Assembly (NCBI GenBank): GCA_051294375.1
Contig: CM119270.1
Coordinates: forward strand, 14,499,164 to 14,563,163
Reading direction: 5' to 3'
DNA: 64,000 nucleotides
Origin: Paraspadella gotoi
Taxonomy: Eukaryota > Animalia > Chaetognatha
Every line of letters begins with the position of its first letter. The stretch's first letter is position 1. The position numbers and the translations under genes were made by a program. This document shows positions 1 to 13,788 of the stretch, piece after piece. The notes beneath the pieces were generated by a model that did no database searches, had not been told where the DNA came from, and saw nothing but the letters and a program-made list of their open reading frames with translations.

Positions 1-758
1 CCTTTCAATTTCCCCCAGCTTTTTTTACTTTCCTATTTCCTATTTCCTATTTCCTATTTTCCCCAACCGTCTCCTTCATTCACCTTCCACTCTCTCACCA
101 TCGACTCTCGTTTCCCCCTCACCCCATTTCTCCACCTCCCCCCCTCCAAGTCTTTTGTTTACTGTCCACTCAATCGCGGGATTTCCTCGGCATCTGTTGA
201 CTTTCGCACCCACGTCGAAATCCTCGAGGCGAAAAGGGCGAAGGAGGCGACGCACTTAGGCTCTGCCCAAATATTTTTTTCTCCTCCGCCATCTCTCGGG
301 GTTTTTTTTTTCTTTTTTCTTTGTTGTTCCTTTTTATAGGGGGATTTTCTCTTTATCTTGTATTCAAAGAGATGTTAACTTATAAGCCTTTTTAAAATAT
401 ATGTTCATTTGTGTAAAACTTTTAACTTTTGAGAATGTTTTGAGTAATGACAAATTGATAACTACTATAAGTTATGTTAGGTTCTGATATACTTAAGCTA
501 CTCTAAACGGGTTCAATTTAATTTCAAACCGCCGTCTATCCTCGTCTCTCCGTCTCACCTGAGTGATCAAAAGAGGCCACGCCCACATCCGGCATCGAAA
601 ATCAACGGCGACGATCCGCACGCGTCTCATTTCCGGTTTACGGCGATTTCGTCATTCGTCGTCGGTGTCGTCGTCGTCGTCGGTGTCGTCGTCGATGTCG
701 TCGTCGGTTTTCATTTTGGATGTTTTCGCAATTTTCCGAAAGATGACGTTTTCGTTCG

Positions 759-783
759 NNNNNNNNNNNNNNNNNNNNNNNNN
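759..783. other. 25-N assembly gap (also 27275-27299 and 47615-47639; other gaps near 11860, 29972, 30374, 48591 and 49171)
   Basis: Runs of n. Three gaps are exactly 25 N, and each is followed by indel-noisy sequence duplicated elsewhere in the window. Confidence 0.95.
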
Positions 784-1310
784 AGCTGACTGAGCGTTAA
801 AAAAAACTGTGGGGTTTCAGTAACTGGGGGCTTAGATTAATAAAACTGTTGAGACACTGCGGAATGTAACTTATAAAAAATTGCACTCTTTCGTCCTAGC
901 GACCAAAAAAAAAAAAAATTGTCAACAGATGTAGAAGACGAAAATAATAATCGCCCAAGCGATTAATTGTCATTTTTTTTGAGAGGGGGCTCGAGCTGGT
1001 AGTTACGTCGGTGCTGACAATTAGTTTGAAAGGCGAATTGGCTTTTTTTTAGGTTTTGGACTTTGGACGCCGTCGTTGTCGCCCGCTGTTCATTTCTGTA
1101 AATTCGGTCACGTCCGCAGCCTATAAATAGACTTCGGATGTGAAACCGTACTCGAAGCGGAGGAACTGTATTTATTTTTGGTATTTTAAGTATGATTTCA
1201 TGAATAACCGCAATTACCATCTAAACAAGACATTTATATTTTTTTTTCAATTGTCCTTAATAAGACTAAGACGAATAATTACGGGTTCAAAATCTCTGTC
1301 GAGCTGGAAA

Positions 1311-1490
1311 ATGCCCACAAGCAAGCATTTCTTAACAGTTTTCGGCATCTATGCGGTCATCCATGCGGCCTTTTTCTATCGGGCGTTCCGCTCGGCCGGG
1401 CGGTCTCCCGACAACTCTGTGCCCTTTGCCGGTCAAGTCATGCCGCAGAACGAAAATCCCGCCTCAAGACCGAAAACCAGAATGCCGTCG
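1311..1490 (+). CDS. Possible first coding exon of a signal-anchored (type II membrane) or secreted protein; mirrored, indel-broken copy at ~18607-18780 (-)
   Basis: ATG at 1311 gives MPTSKHFLTVFGIYAVIHAAFFYRAFRSAG..., a hydrophobic stretch followed by basic residues. It ends at a GT donor (TCG|GTGGGT, 1491) before a purine-rich intron-like tract. A TATAAATA box lies at ~1122. Downstream exons could not be resolved. Confidence 0.35.
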
Positions 1491-2682
1491 GTGGGTTGGG
1501 AAGAAGGGCGAAAGGAGAAAAAGAAAAGGAAAGGGGGTCAAAAGAAGAAAAAAAAAAGGAAAAGGAAAAGGTGAGATGATGAAAAAGAAATGGGTTAAAG
1601 ATAGAACAGAGAGGAATTATTCCAACAAAGATTTGAGTGCGAAAGAAAGGAAGAGGCAAAAGGAAATTATGGGAGAAGGGAAAGACGAGAAAATTCAAGA
1701 TAGAGAATGATAGAAGAAAGAAGAGGACATCGGAAGAAGGTGAAGTAGGAAAATGATAAGAAAGAAAAAAAGAAAAGGGAAGAAAATAGAATTCTGTAAG
1801 GGAGAGAGGAAAAGCGATTGGGTCAAGAAGGCACAAGAGAAGGAAGGAAAAAACCCTGGCCTGATTGGTCGATAGCGGGGAAAACGTTGCGTCAGAATAG
1901 TAGGCGTTGAACTGGCTGAATTCGGGGAGAAGGGAGAGAAGAGGGGAAAGGAACAGAAAAATCGAGTAAAACTTCGCTTGGGCGGTAAATTATATCATAG
2001 ATTACTATTCTATATAATATTGAAAAAAAAAAGGAAGTAATAGATGAAATAACTTCCCTGACCATCCTAAGTCGCATAGAGATGATGTAACAACTTCCAG
2101 CCGGCGAAACCGCGCAAGGCAGAAAAGAAATAGGAATCGAAATGAGATGCCAACGCTAGCTTTAATCACAATGTCATGGCCGACACGATCGCAACGCCAG
2201 CCACTCTGCTTTGTAAACCCACAGGGCCCTCCACACCCTCCCACAGCACTCCCACAGCCCTTTCACACAACCCTTTATAAAAACTCTTTAAAGAGCGATT
2301 GACGGCTTTTTAAAAAGGTCGGGGAAAGCTGAACAGCGAAAGAAAGAAGAAGCATAATGAAGTCAATAAAAACGAATTAAACTGGGCGTTTATCAGATAT
2401 AAGCAACAACCATATTTTTTATTACATTGGAAAAGCGATGGCTCAGGAATGTTGTTTGCCCGTTTGACATGCTTTCCATTTTTTAAAAATCAAATCCATA
2501 ATGGGTTGTCAATATTCAAGGTCTTCGTAATTTAATAAAATAAGTTTAAAACTTCCTCTCGCGTAATAATTTATACAGCGACACTTGCAAAGTCAGAGTG
2601 TGAGACACTAACATCGCTTCAGCTTCTGTAGTCGGAGAGAGACAGCAAGGGAAAGACCTAATGAGAGCTTTCCTCTCCTCTC

Positions 2683-2713
<31 letters not shown>

Positions 2714-2911
2714 CTCTCTGTGTAAGCCAAATTGATTCCCAGCCGGTACGGTCGGCCACCTGCGTCGTTTGCTCCGGGAGGCAGCATCGATCAACCAATG
2801 TACCTTTGAACCTTTGGGCCGCCCCGAGAGGACCGAGGGTTCGCCCGACCGAGTAGAGCGAAAGACAGAGAGGAGAGAGAGAGATGAGAGAGAGAGAAGA
2901 AGAGAAGAAGA

Positions 2912-2942
<31 letters not shown>

Positions 2943-3611
2943 GTAGGCGTTTATTTAGATCAGGAGATATAGATAAACTTAAAAAAAAAGACACAGACTA
3001 ATTTTACTTCCCTAAAAAAAAAAAAACTCTTTCTTTCTTTCTGTCTTTCTTTCTTCTCTTTTTCCTTTTATTGTTCTTTCTTTTCCTAACTCTCTTTTTT
3101 TCTCCCTCTTTCCTTCCCTCCTCTCTCGCACATTTGTCTTTTTCCTCTCTCCCCTTAAGCTTCCCTATCAAGGGCAAAGGTGTGGCTTACAATCGCTGCT
3201 CCCTTTCCTCTATCGGAAATTCCCGACATTCGCCCAACCCCCCCCCACAGCTCCCCCCTCGCCCTTCAAATCCGCGCATCTAATTCGCCCGACCTGTAAA
3301 ATGTAAGATTGGGTTAGCGCGTCGCCAAATTACGAATGGGAAATAGAAGTACTTGGACCCAAAGCCCGCGCGCAATTTTAATGGGGACTCGAGATCCACG
3401 GTCCGCGGTCTCTGCAATCTGATTAGAGAGCGTTGTTGTCGTTGTGTTTCCCGAGTTTGTTTCTATTGAATATGCTTGATACAAGAATTTCGCTCACAAT
3501 GACGTAAATAAGTGTACATTATTTTTTTTTGTTTGCATTTCTAAGAAGAAATGATATTTAATAAAAAATCAAATGTAAACAATGTAAAATGTAAACAAGC
3601 AAAATCGTTAG

Positions 3612-3995
3612 TACAGGGGAGGTATAGCTCTAATTTGTGACTAACTTAAGTGCTTACAGCTCAAAAGGGTTAATTGATAGAAGAAAAAAGGGACTATATT
3701 TGGAAACTATGGTTATTTAACTTTGATCAATATCAAAAACGTCTGGAAGAATCCAACAGCAACTACTTAAATAAAGCTTTTTGATCATTACCATGTAAAA
3801 ATCTATCGCGCGCTTCCTTACAAAATTTAGTGAAAATTTTGGCAAAAATATCAAGATTGAAATGGTCACTTTCTGCTTTTGGCACAGTTTTTCTGACTGC
3901 AATCCCCTGATTGATGAAAAATGTAGGAATACAGAAGCAGAGATGTCCCCACGCATCTCCTCATAAACTGTCCCAAAAGATCTGGACACCCTGTA
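3612..3995. mobile_element. Possible Tc1/mariner-type MITE remnant (mirror copy ~16183-16560)
   Basis: Ends are TACAGGG... at 3612 and ...GGACACCCTGTA at 3995. TA-CAGGGTG termini resemble Tc1/mariner TIRs, but only ~7 bp of TIR match. Confidence 0.3.
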
Positions 3996-4329
3996 CAAAT
4001 TGGCTTTTACATTGGAAGAATAGATGAAGAGGAGAGAGAGAGAGAGAGAGAGATATTCTAGTTACAGGAAATACTATTTAGTAATTTATTTTACATACAT
4101 TATAATAAATAAATTAACACTAACCGAAAGAAATGGTTTAGAATACTTTTCAACTATTAAAACTTTTAATTGTTTCACCTTTTTATGACTCGTCTGTATT
4201 ATTAATCAGACTATCAAAATGGAATCACCAACAAGAAAAAAAAAGATGCAGACAATCTTCGCGCTTCTGTAGTTCCAGGATCAATTTCTTGTCAGTCGCG
4301 ATTTTGATTATTAGAGATTAGATAATTGA

Positions 4330-4465
4330 CAAAAGTTTTGCTATGCAACAAATTTATTTTAATTTGGAAGCACGACATGACTCGATTGCTTTACAAAGCC
4401 TTCATACAGCGTAGATGAAGGCATGTAAAAGCATCTATCACTAATAACAACGAAAAAGTAAGCGA
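4330..4465 (-). mobile_element. Degenerate Penelope-like terminal relic with decayed hammerhead (mirror copy ~15735-15870)
   Basis: The mirror copy at 15790 reads ACG-CTGATGA-AGGCTTG-TAAAG-CAAGTC-GAGTC-AT-GTC, with the GAAAC core changed to GAGTC, followed by AATAAA. An inverted partial copy GATGAAGGCATGTAAAAGCA (~4414) and an AACAACGAAAAAG tail resemble the elements at 35.4 and 54.3 kb. Confidence 0.5.
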
Positions 4466-4863
4466 TACTTAATATGATTATTAGAGAAAAATCTTTGAAA
4501 GGTTTGATAGAAGTTTCCCTGAATTAAAAAAATTGGATAAAATGTCCAATAAACCGTAAGCGAAGGTTACCCAATATATTGAACGTCTCGAAGCCTCTTT
4601 CTTTTTCATTGGAATTACTTCCATGGGCCTAAGATATTCACAATGATTCTTTGCATCTTTCCTTCTAAAATTATTATCATCATCATTAATTATTCCTAAT
4701 CTACAAATCTTAGGGCAGAGGGCTCAAATAAACATAGGGCCTACCATAATTAAACATAAACATTTTTTTTTTCCACCAAAAGCGGGACCAACTTTAAAAG
4801 TTTAACCTCACCTAATTTTTTGCTCAATTGTTTTTTTTGTCTTAACAAATGAGCAGCCAACTA

Positions 4864-5072
4864 TATGAAATTTGGTACAACTCAATATAAAAATTATCCA
4901 TTCATTTTATATAATAGCTTTATCCTTGTCCCTGACTTTGGACAGGCTTTGTGTTTCTTAAGGCCTCCATCACAGACTTACAAGATAATAACATAGCAGG
5001 TTTTCTGCAACTTCAATCAAGACTCTCTCACAGTCCTCATTTATTCACTCCCAGTGACCTGGCTTCCCATCA
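4864..5072 (-). repeat. Dispersed ~210-bp repeat family, copy 1 (mirror at 15140-15342)
   Basis: Matches 43915-44148 (TGATAGGGAAGCCAGG...GTGATGGAGGCCTTAAACCACCAAAGCCTGTCCAAAGTCAGGG...ATTGGTTGTACCAATTTCATA) and the partial copy at 54447-54591. Confidence 0.85.
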
Positions 5073-7225
5073 TGCATTTTTAAACGTAACAGTGACAGAC
5101 ATAACGACGGACCGACCGATTAAAAAGTGACCTTAGGCGAAACTACATAAAAGCGAGATAGAAAAAAATTACCAAGTAATAGCAATGGCAATGTTGTTTT
5201 TGTAAATAAACTAAAAGTTTTTAAATTCCAATATTAATAAGACAATTGGTCAAATCTTCTAATACTCAAAAATTTTTTCATCTGTTTAGTAGTATTTACT
5301 ATTGTGAAAAAAATTAATAACATTTATCTTTGAAAAGCCTTGAAAAAAAGATTTTATTTTTTTGGGTTAAAAGATAAAAGCCCCCTTCAATCTATGCCAA
5401 ATCAATTTCCGGGCATTTCCGAAGTAAAGAATATTTTATAGTTACTCTCACGTCTGTTCTATGAAGACGTCAAAGACACTTAAGAAGCAATTTTATAGCA
5501 AAATAATCATTTCTTTTATTTTTTTAAAGTAATTGTTATTATATAAAAACAAAATTGTATTCTTTTGATTTTGCTGGAACGTACATAAAAAAATGATGTT
5601 AAGAGCGAATGATGAAGATATTTGGCAAATGGAAGGCAGGTGCTTAAAAAAAAAAAGAAAGATCACGAGGATGAAAAGGAATAAAATATAAAATTATTTC
5701 GTTCCTCATCTCTCTTCTCAGGATTTTCAAAGCTCACATAACTCTTTCCTTGCTCTCTCGACTCATTGAAGCTTAAAAACGGGAACATTGCAGGCATCGC
5801 TTTTAAACGGAGATTTAGTTTAATAAAATTCGTGCAAGTGAAAATAAATTTATACGAGATCGGTTAATTCCAACGTTGTTGCGCTCCGCAAATGACTAAA
5901 AATGAAATAATGGCTGAGAATAATTACGCTCTCTTTAATAGTAGTTATGTCGTTTTTTTTCTATGCGGTTAGTTAATCAACGCATTACTCCCTAAATCCC
6001 AATTCTCATTTAATTTTTTTCTCACTCCTCTTCTTCCTCTCTTCCGTTTCCCCCTCTCTTTCCCATCCCTTTTTCCCAACTCCCTCTCTTCCCTTCCCCT
6101 CTCCTTTCATTTTCTTCTCTCTTCCTCCATTCTCCAGACTTCCTCTCTTTTCCCTCTCATCTTATCTTCTTTTTCTCTCCCTCTCCCCTCCTATCCTTTC
6201 CTTTTTTTTTCTCTTCTCTACTTTAAATCTTTAAAATCTCTTCCTTCTCTTCTCACCTCTCTTCGCCCGCATCCAACTTCCACTTCTCTCATCCTACCTT
6301 CCTCCCCCTATCCCCCCGCTTCCCCCCCCGCCCTTTTTCTCTCCTTCTTCCTCTACCCCACGCATCTTTCTCTCCTCGGGTCAGAGTGTCTCGGAGGACG
6401 AAGACTCATTACAATCAAAATTCCGTTATGATTCTCTTCCTCCCTTCCGGATGTCATTCTTGTTATTACCCTGCGCCGCGCGGTTATGAGCGCGATTCTC
6501 CGTCGTTGTCGTCGTCGTCTTTGTGTCATCGTCGTCGTCTTCTTCTTCTTTTTCTCTTTTCGTCTTCAACGTTTCATCGTACGCCATCGTCCTTGTCGTC
6601 GTCGTCTTTGTCATCGTCGTCGTCTTCTTCTTTTTCTCTTTTCGTCTTTCAAACGTTTCATCGTCCCATCGTCCTTCGTCGTCGCCGTCGTCGTCATCGT
6701 CGTCGTCTTCTTCCTTCTTTTTCTCTCTTCATCTTCACGTTTTCATCGTCGCCATTGTACCTTTGTCGTCGTCGTCGTTTGTCGTCGTCGTCGTCTTTCT
6801 TCTTCTTTTTCTCATATTCGTCTTCAACGTTTCATGCCGCGCCATGTCCCTTGTCTCGTCTGTCTTCGTCGTTCGTCGTTCTTGTTGTCGTCTTCTTCTT
6901 CGTCGTTGTTTATCGCACATTCGTTATGGTTGTCGTTTTGTTATCTTCCTGGGCAGTTGCTGTACATGGTAATATGTGTATGTTCTCTCGTTTGTCCTAT
7001 TGGTAATTAAGCAAAGTGACAAATTGTGTCAAGTCGATATGGCCACGAGGTCTTGGAATGGTACGGTGGCGAAGGATAGCGGTAGACGTAAATCGCTACG
7101 TTGCATGGAAACGTAAAAAAAACCAAGCCTACTCTAAAACTGATTTAAAAGTTGTAACGGCGCCCGCAAAACCCGGCTCTCATTTTCTAGAACTCTCTCT
7201 GCCATTTCTACATCATCGTTAATAT

Positions 7226-7263
<38 letters not shown>

Positions 7264-7372
7264 TTCGCTCGTCTGCCGGAACGCTCATATTCGTCACCGT
7301 CGTCTTCCTAGTCGTTGTTGCCGCAAAATTAAGATTGTTTTGCAAATGAGCTCGACGAAACGAAAAAGAAAA

Positions 7373-7414
<42 letters not shown>

Positions 7415-8880
7415 AGAGAGAGCGAGAGAGCGAGACGAGACTGGAACCTCAACAACAGGAAAACATCGTCGCCTCTTTTCATTATTTGTTTTTTGCTTTC
7501 ATTCCAATTTGCTATCTGCGGAGTAAACAAAAAAAAAATGAAATAAAAAATGAATGAGAAAAAAATTAGAGGAAAATCTCATTGAAGTAATATTTATGCG
7601 TGATTTTGACTGTCTCTTATGACATAATCCTAAAAACCGGACGTCTCGAGGCGATGAATAAACTGACCGTGCTCCTCGCAATTTCTTTACAAAACAGAAA
7701 TTCACGCAGAATATAATGTAAAGTGTTTTCTAGACGTCTTGCGAGGACGTACGACGACGAACGACGACGACAATGAACGACGACAGTGATGATAGTGACG
7801 AATCGAACGACGTTTATATTCTTCGCGGTTTTTTTGTCCTTTCACTTTCCGTTCCCGCATCTTTTTTCCCTCACTTACCCAATAACAGCCCGTCAAGCTC
7901 ATCCTTTTCTGTCGGTTAACTGTCGTCGTGTTTAAAAATCGTATCTCGTTCGAATTTCCGATCTTTTGTTTCATGTTTAGCACTTAACCTGACTATCTAG
8001 CTCGTCAGAAAATTCAAAATTTGCGATTATTATTATAGTCTCCTATTAGTAATTAAATTTCGAAAAAAAAACCAGAAAACTAGAATATAATACATAGTTA
8101 GCTCGCGTAGTTAAAAATGGTCTACATAAACACCGAACATCATGAATATATAGTGATAAAATAACATGAATATGTTGAACAATTTTTAACCATTCTATAC
8201 ATTTAAAAAAAAGTTAATAGCTAATAATATAGACTATAAAATTTTATTTATATTCAATAGTGAATAGTAAATATAGTAACAGACAAGTAATTTAAATTTT
8301 CGTAACAAATAAAACAATGTATGAGTTTGATAACATCTTGATTATACAAAAAAATGCTTTCTGTATACCTCTCTGCTTCTCCGTATATAAAAATCCGCCG
8401 TGATGCGTAAACTCAACGCCGAGGTTGTGCTGACTAATTATGATTCGAAATTCCTGCCTGGTTCCTTGATACTCGCGCTTGCTCACTCTCTCTCTTTCTC
8501 TCTCCTCTCTCTCTCTTCTCTCTCTATCTCATCTCTCATCATCTCCTCTCTCTCATCTCTCATTCTATCTTCTTTCTTCCTTCTCTCTGAATCATTCCTA
8601 ATATATATATTCCGTTTATTATTCGAAATTCAACAAGGACTTTGATAGTACATCACATGAGCAACAAAAAAAGATAATACTAAACACACAAAACTCAAGT
8701 TTCAACAGATGCATGAAAACTACATAATCATAGACAAGACAATATTGATTAAATATTTTCAATCTTAGATAAATCACTTTCTATTGACAATATTAAACGA
8801 ATGCAGTATATATGATATGAGAAACCAAATATAATTCAAAGAAGCTTCGAGAACCAACAATTAGAGTCTAGATAATACTA

Positions 8881-8915
<35 letters not shown>

Positions 8916-10238
8916 AAGATAGAGACGGAGAGTAGACAGAGGAGCGAAGATAGCGATATATGAGCAAAGATCAACAGGACAAGCACCATGAGGCGAGAGA
9001 ACATCAGAACAAATAACGAACGAGTGCCGCCCGTCGTTGACGCCAGTTAAAAGAAATGACCGAAATAAGAGAATGAGAAAACGAAAGTTGAAAGTTAATG
9101 AGGCACCATATCCGGGTCCCAGTACGCCAGCTTGATCGAAACCCGGAACCGAGGATAATCCCGTATTAACTATCCCAACCACTTTGCGCCGACGAAATTT
9201 CGCCCCGACAGAAATTCCCCTTGAAATCTGAAAATCCGGAGAAAAAAGATTCGGGAATTTTCTCCCGTCGGCTGCGCGTGGAATGGATTGATCTGTTAGG
9301 GCGGGTAGGGGGAGAGATGGGGACTATTGTTCGGGGGGGGATCGGTAGTGGAGTCGAGCTTGTGGACGGGGTGTAAAGTGTGTGGGCGGAGACGGGAAAG
9401 TGAACTATTAAATATTGGGGGGATTCACGATAGAGAGAAGAGAGAAACTCGAGGAGAAACGAAATGTAGAAAGATGAGCGAGAGAAAGTAGAGAGAGATG
9501 AGAGAGAGGAGAGAGAGAGGAGCAATATTTGAAGTAAGACGTAAGAGAGAGAGCAGAAGAGAGTTGGCATAAAAAATTAGCTAAACAATGAGCGTGAGAA
9601 CCAAAAAGGCGTCAGCCGGACGCTAATTAACAGCGGAAATTACATAATACAGAAACCGAAAACGCCGTTGACGACGACGTACGACCGACGGTGACAACGG
9701 ACGGACGACGACGACGACGACGACGACCGGACGGCTGCTCGGGCGTTCGACGATCATTTTTTATATCCATTCCTTCCCCCTAGCGGGTGGCGATCCCGTG
9801 GCGTTGCGGCGAAGGGGAAGGAGGAAAAGCAGGAAGAACGATGGAAGAGGATGTAAGTCGGGATCAGGGAATATCAAGGATGATGGGAGGAACTTGGAAA
9901 AAACGATTTGACAACAATAAAAAAGGCAATTTAAAGATATAGATTAGCTGAAAATAAAAAATTTGTCACATTATTAACTATATACCATACCACAACCCTC
10001 ATTATCTCTGTCATTAGATACCAGCAGTTCCCTGCATTAGTCACAAAATCATCAGATGTAATAGCGACGCAATATTTGGAGCAAGAAAAGCAGGAAATGT
10101 AAAATCTTTCTCGAATGTATTTGACAACGGTCTCTCTCTCCTTCTGTCTAATCTGTCTTCTGTCTGTCTGTCTTCTCTTTCTCTCTTCTCTCCTCTCTCT
10201 CTCCTCTCGTCTCTCTCTCTCTCTCTCTCTCCTCTCCC

Positions 10239-10276
<38 letters not shown>

Positions 10277-10720
10277 AAAATTGGTTTCGAACGAGAGAAG
10301 ACAGACAGACAGACAGACAGATTGACAGAAGGAGAGAGAGACCGTGTCAAATACATTCGAGAAAGATTTTACAATTTCCTGCTTTTCTTGCTCCAAATAT
10401 TGCGTCGCTATTACACTGATGATTTTGTGACTATGCGGAACTGCTGGTATCTATGACAGAGATAATGAGGGTTGTGGTATGGTATATTAGTAATAATGTG
10501 ACAAAATTTTTTATTTTCAGCTAATCTATATCTTTAAATGCTTTTTTGTTGTTGTCAAATTCGTTTTCCAAGTTCCTCCCATCATCCCTTGATTTCCCTT
10601 GTCCGCTTACATCCTCTTTCCATCGTTCTTCTTCTTTTCCTCCTTCCCCTCCCCAACGCCACGGACGCCACCCGCTAGGGGGAAAAAGGATATAAAAAAT
10701 GATCGTCGAACCCCGAGCAG

Positions 10721-10752
<32 letters not shown>

Positions 10753-11518
10753 CGTCCGTTGTCACCGCGCGTCGTCGTCGTCGTCAACCGGCGTTTTCGG
10801 TTTCTGTATTTTAATTTCCGCTGTTAATTAGCGTTCCGGCTTATTCGCCTTTTGTTCTCACGCCATGATGTTTATGATTCGTAATTGTATTATATGCCAA
10901 CTCTTTCTTGCTCTCTCTCTTACAAGTCCTTAAAGTCTTAAAATATTTAGTCTTCTTCTCTCCATCTCTCCATCTCTCTTACTTTCTCTCGCTATCTTTC
11001 TTCATTTCTCTTCTTCCGTCGAGTTTCTCTCTTCTCTCGATCGTGATCCTCCCCAAATTTATAGTTCACTTCCCGTCTCGCCTCTACACACTTTCACCCC
11101 GTCCACAAGCTTTCGAGCTCTCACTACCGATCCCCCCGAACATATTAGTCCCCATCTGCTCCCCCTATCCCGCCCTTCAACAGATCAAAATCCATTTCCT
11201 ATACCGCGCAGCCGACGGAGAAAATTCCCGAATCTTTTTTCTCCGGATTCGAGATTTCGAGGGGAATTTCTGTCGGCGCGAAATTTCCGTCGGCGCAAAG
11301 TGGTTGGGATAGTAATCACGGGATTTCCCTCGGGTTTCCGGGTTTCGATCGCGGGTCTGGACCCGGAATGGGCCTCATTAACTTTCAACTTGTTTCTCAT
11401 TCTCTTTTATTTCGGTAATTCTTTTAACTGGCGTCAAACGACGGGCGGCACTCGTTCGTTATTTAGATTCTGAATGTTTCTCTCGCTCTCTGTGTGTGTC
11501 TCTGTCTCTCTCTCTGTT

Positions 11519-11571
<53 letters not shown>

Positions 11572-12860
11572 AGTAAACTCTATTCTAGTAAACTCTAATT
11601 TTGGTTACTGACACTATTACCATGTTTAAATATTTGGTTCTCAAAAGAATAGTCGCATTCTTTAATGATTGAAATATTTTAATCAATAACCTTGTTTTGT
11701 CTATAGTAGTAGTTTTCATGCAATCTTTAACTTGGTTTTGTTTTTAGTATTATCTTTTTTGTTGCTCATGTATGTACTGAATCAACCTTGTTGAATTCGA
11801 AATAAAACGAATATAATAGAATGAATCAGAGAGAAGGGAAGAAAAGAGAGAGAGAGAGANNNNNNNNNNGAGAGAGAAAGAGAGAGAGTGAGAAGGCGAG
11901 TCAAGGAACCAGGCGGAATTCGATTACATTATTGTCAGACACAACCTCGGCGTTGAGTTTCGCACCGGATTTTTAACGGAGAAGAGAGAGGAACAGAAAG
12001 CATTTTTTTGTATAAAAAGATTGTTATCGAACTCATACATTGTTTTATTTGTTACGAAAGATTGTAAGATTACTTGTTTTACTATATTACTATTACTATA
12101 ATAATAAAAAAATTTATAGTCTAATATTATTAGACTATAACTTTTTTTGTTAAAATGTAAGAATGTTAAAAATGTTAAAATTCAATTTATTTCACTATAT
12201 ATTAGATTTGTGTTTATGTTAGACATTTTAACTAGCGAGCTAACTATGTATAAAGTTTTGGTTTTTTTTCGAAATTTAAACTAAAGGAGACTAATAATAA
12301 ATCGCAAATTGAATTTCTGACGACAGATGTCAGGTTAAAGTGCTAAACAGAAACAAAAGATCGGAATCGAACGAGAATCGAATTTTAAAACCGACGAGCG
12401 TTAAACCGCGAAGATGAGTGACGGGCTTGTTATTGGGTAAGTGAGGGAAAAAAGAGCGGGAAAGGAAAGGAAAGGACAAAAAAACCGCGAAGAATAAAAC
12501 GTCGTTCGATCGTCACTATCATCACTGTCGTCGTCATTGTCGTCGTCGTCGTCGTCGTCGTCCTCGCAAAGACGCTAGAAAACATTTACATAAATCTGCG
12601 TGAATTTCGTTGTAAAAAGAAATGGCGAGGAGCACGGTTTTTCTCTCGCCTGAGACGCTCGCGTTTTTAGGATTAGCATAAGAGACACAAAAACACGCAT
12701 AAAATACTCATGAATTTCCCTCTAATTTTTTTCTCATTCTTTTTATTTTCTTTTTTTTTTTTTACTCCGCCGCCAAATTAGGAAGAAAGCAAAAAAAAAA
12801 TAATGAAAGAGGCGACGATGTTTTCCGTTGTTGAGTTCCAGTCTCTCTCTCGCTCTCTCG

Positions 12861-12905
<45 letters not shown>

Positions 12906-13006
12906 TTTCTTTTTCGTCGTCGAGCTCATTTGCAAAACAAATCTTAATTTTGCGCAACAACGACTAGGAAGACGACGGTGACGAATATGGCGTCGGCGAC
13001 GACGAA

Positions 13007-13047
<41 letters not shown>

Positions 13048-13309
13048 TATTAACGATGATGTAGAAATGGCAGAGAGAGTTCTAAGAAAATGAAGCCGGG
13101 TTTGCGGCGCCGTACAACTTTAATCAGTTTTAGGTAGGCTGAGTTTTTTTTACGTTTCCATGCCAACGTAGGGATTACGTCTACCGCTATCCTCGCCACC
13201 TACCATTCCAGACCTCGTGGCCATATCGACTTGACACAATTTGTCACTTTGCTTAATTACCAATAGGACAACGAGAGAACATACACAGTATTACATGTAC
13301 AGCAACTGC

Positions 13310-13788
13310 CATGGAAGATAACAAAGACGACAACCATAACGAATGTGCGATAAACAACGACGAAAGAAGAAGACGACAACAAGAACGACGACGACGAAGA
13401 CGACGAAGACAAGGACGATGGCGACGATGAAACGTTGAAGACGAATATGAGAAAAAGAAGAAGAAGACGACGACGACGACAAAGACGACGACGACAAGGA
13501 CAATGGCGACGATGAAACGTTGAAGATGAAGAGAGAAAAAGAAGGAAGAAGACGACGACGATGACGACGACGGCGACGACAAGGACGATGGCGACGATGA
13601 AACGTTGAAAGACGAAAAGAGAAAAAAGAAGAAGACGACGACGATGACAAAGACGACGACGACAAGGACGATGGCGACGATGAAACGTTGAAGACGAAAA
13701 GAGAAAAAGAAGAAGAAGACGACGACGATGACGACAAAGACGACGACGACAACGACGGAGGAATCGCGCTCATAACCGCGCGGCGCAG
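13310..13788 (+). repeat. ~84-bp higher-order tandem repeat built from GAC/GAA triplets, 4-5 units (mirror at ~6470-6950); possibly an Asp-rich coding exon
   Basis: The unit GACGATGGCGACGATGAAACGTTGAAGACGAAAAGAGAAAAAGAAGAAGAAGACGACGACGATGACAAAGACGACGACGACAAG recurs. It reads DDGDDETLKTKREKEEEDDDDDKDDDDK, and the tract ends at CAG|GTAAT. Confidence 0.7.

Noticed and set aside
6386-7010. Overlapping 150-200-aa ORFs rich in S/R/V (and similar ones at 13253-13830, 34392-34772, 19588-21461, 57382-57858)
   Set aside because: These are stop-free frames produced by (GTC)n and (CT)n repeats, with no protein-like complexity.
10180-10292. SMRTbell adapter at the palindrome centre
   Set aside because: The tract is CT-rich but lacks the CCTCCTCCTCCGTTGTTGTTGTTG core, so no adapter can be identified.
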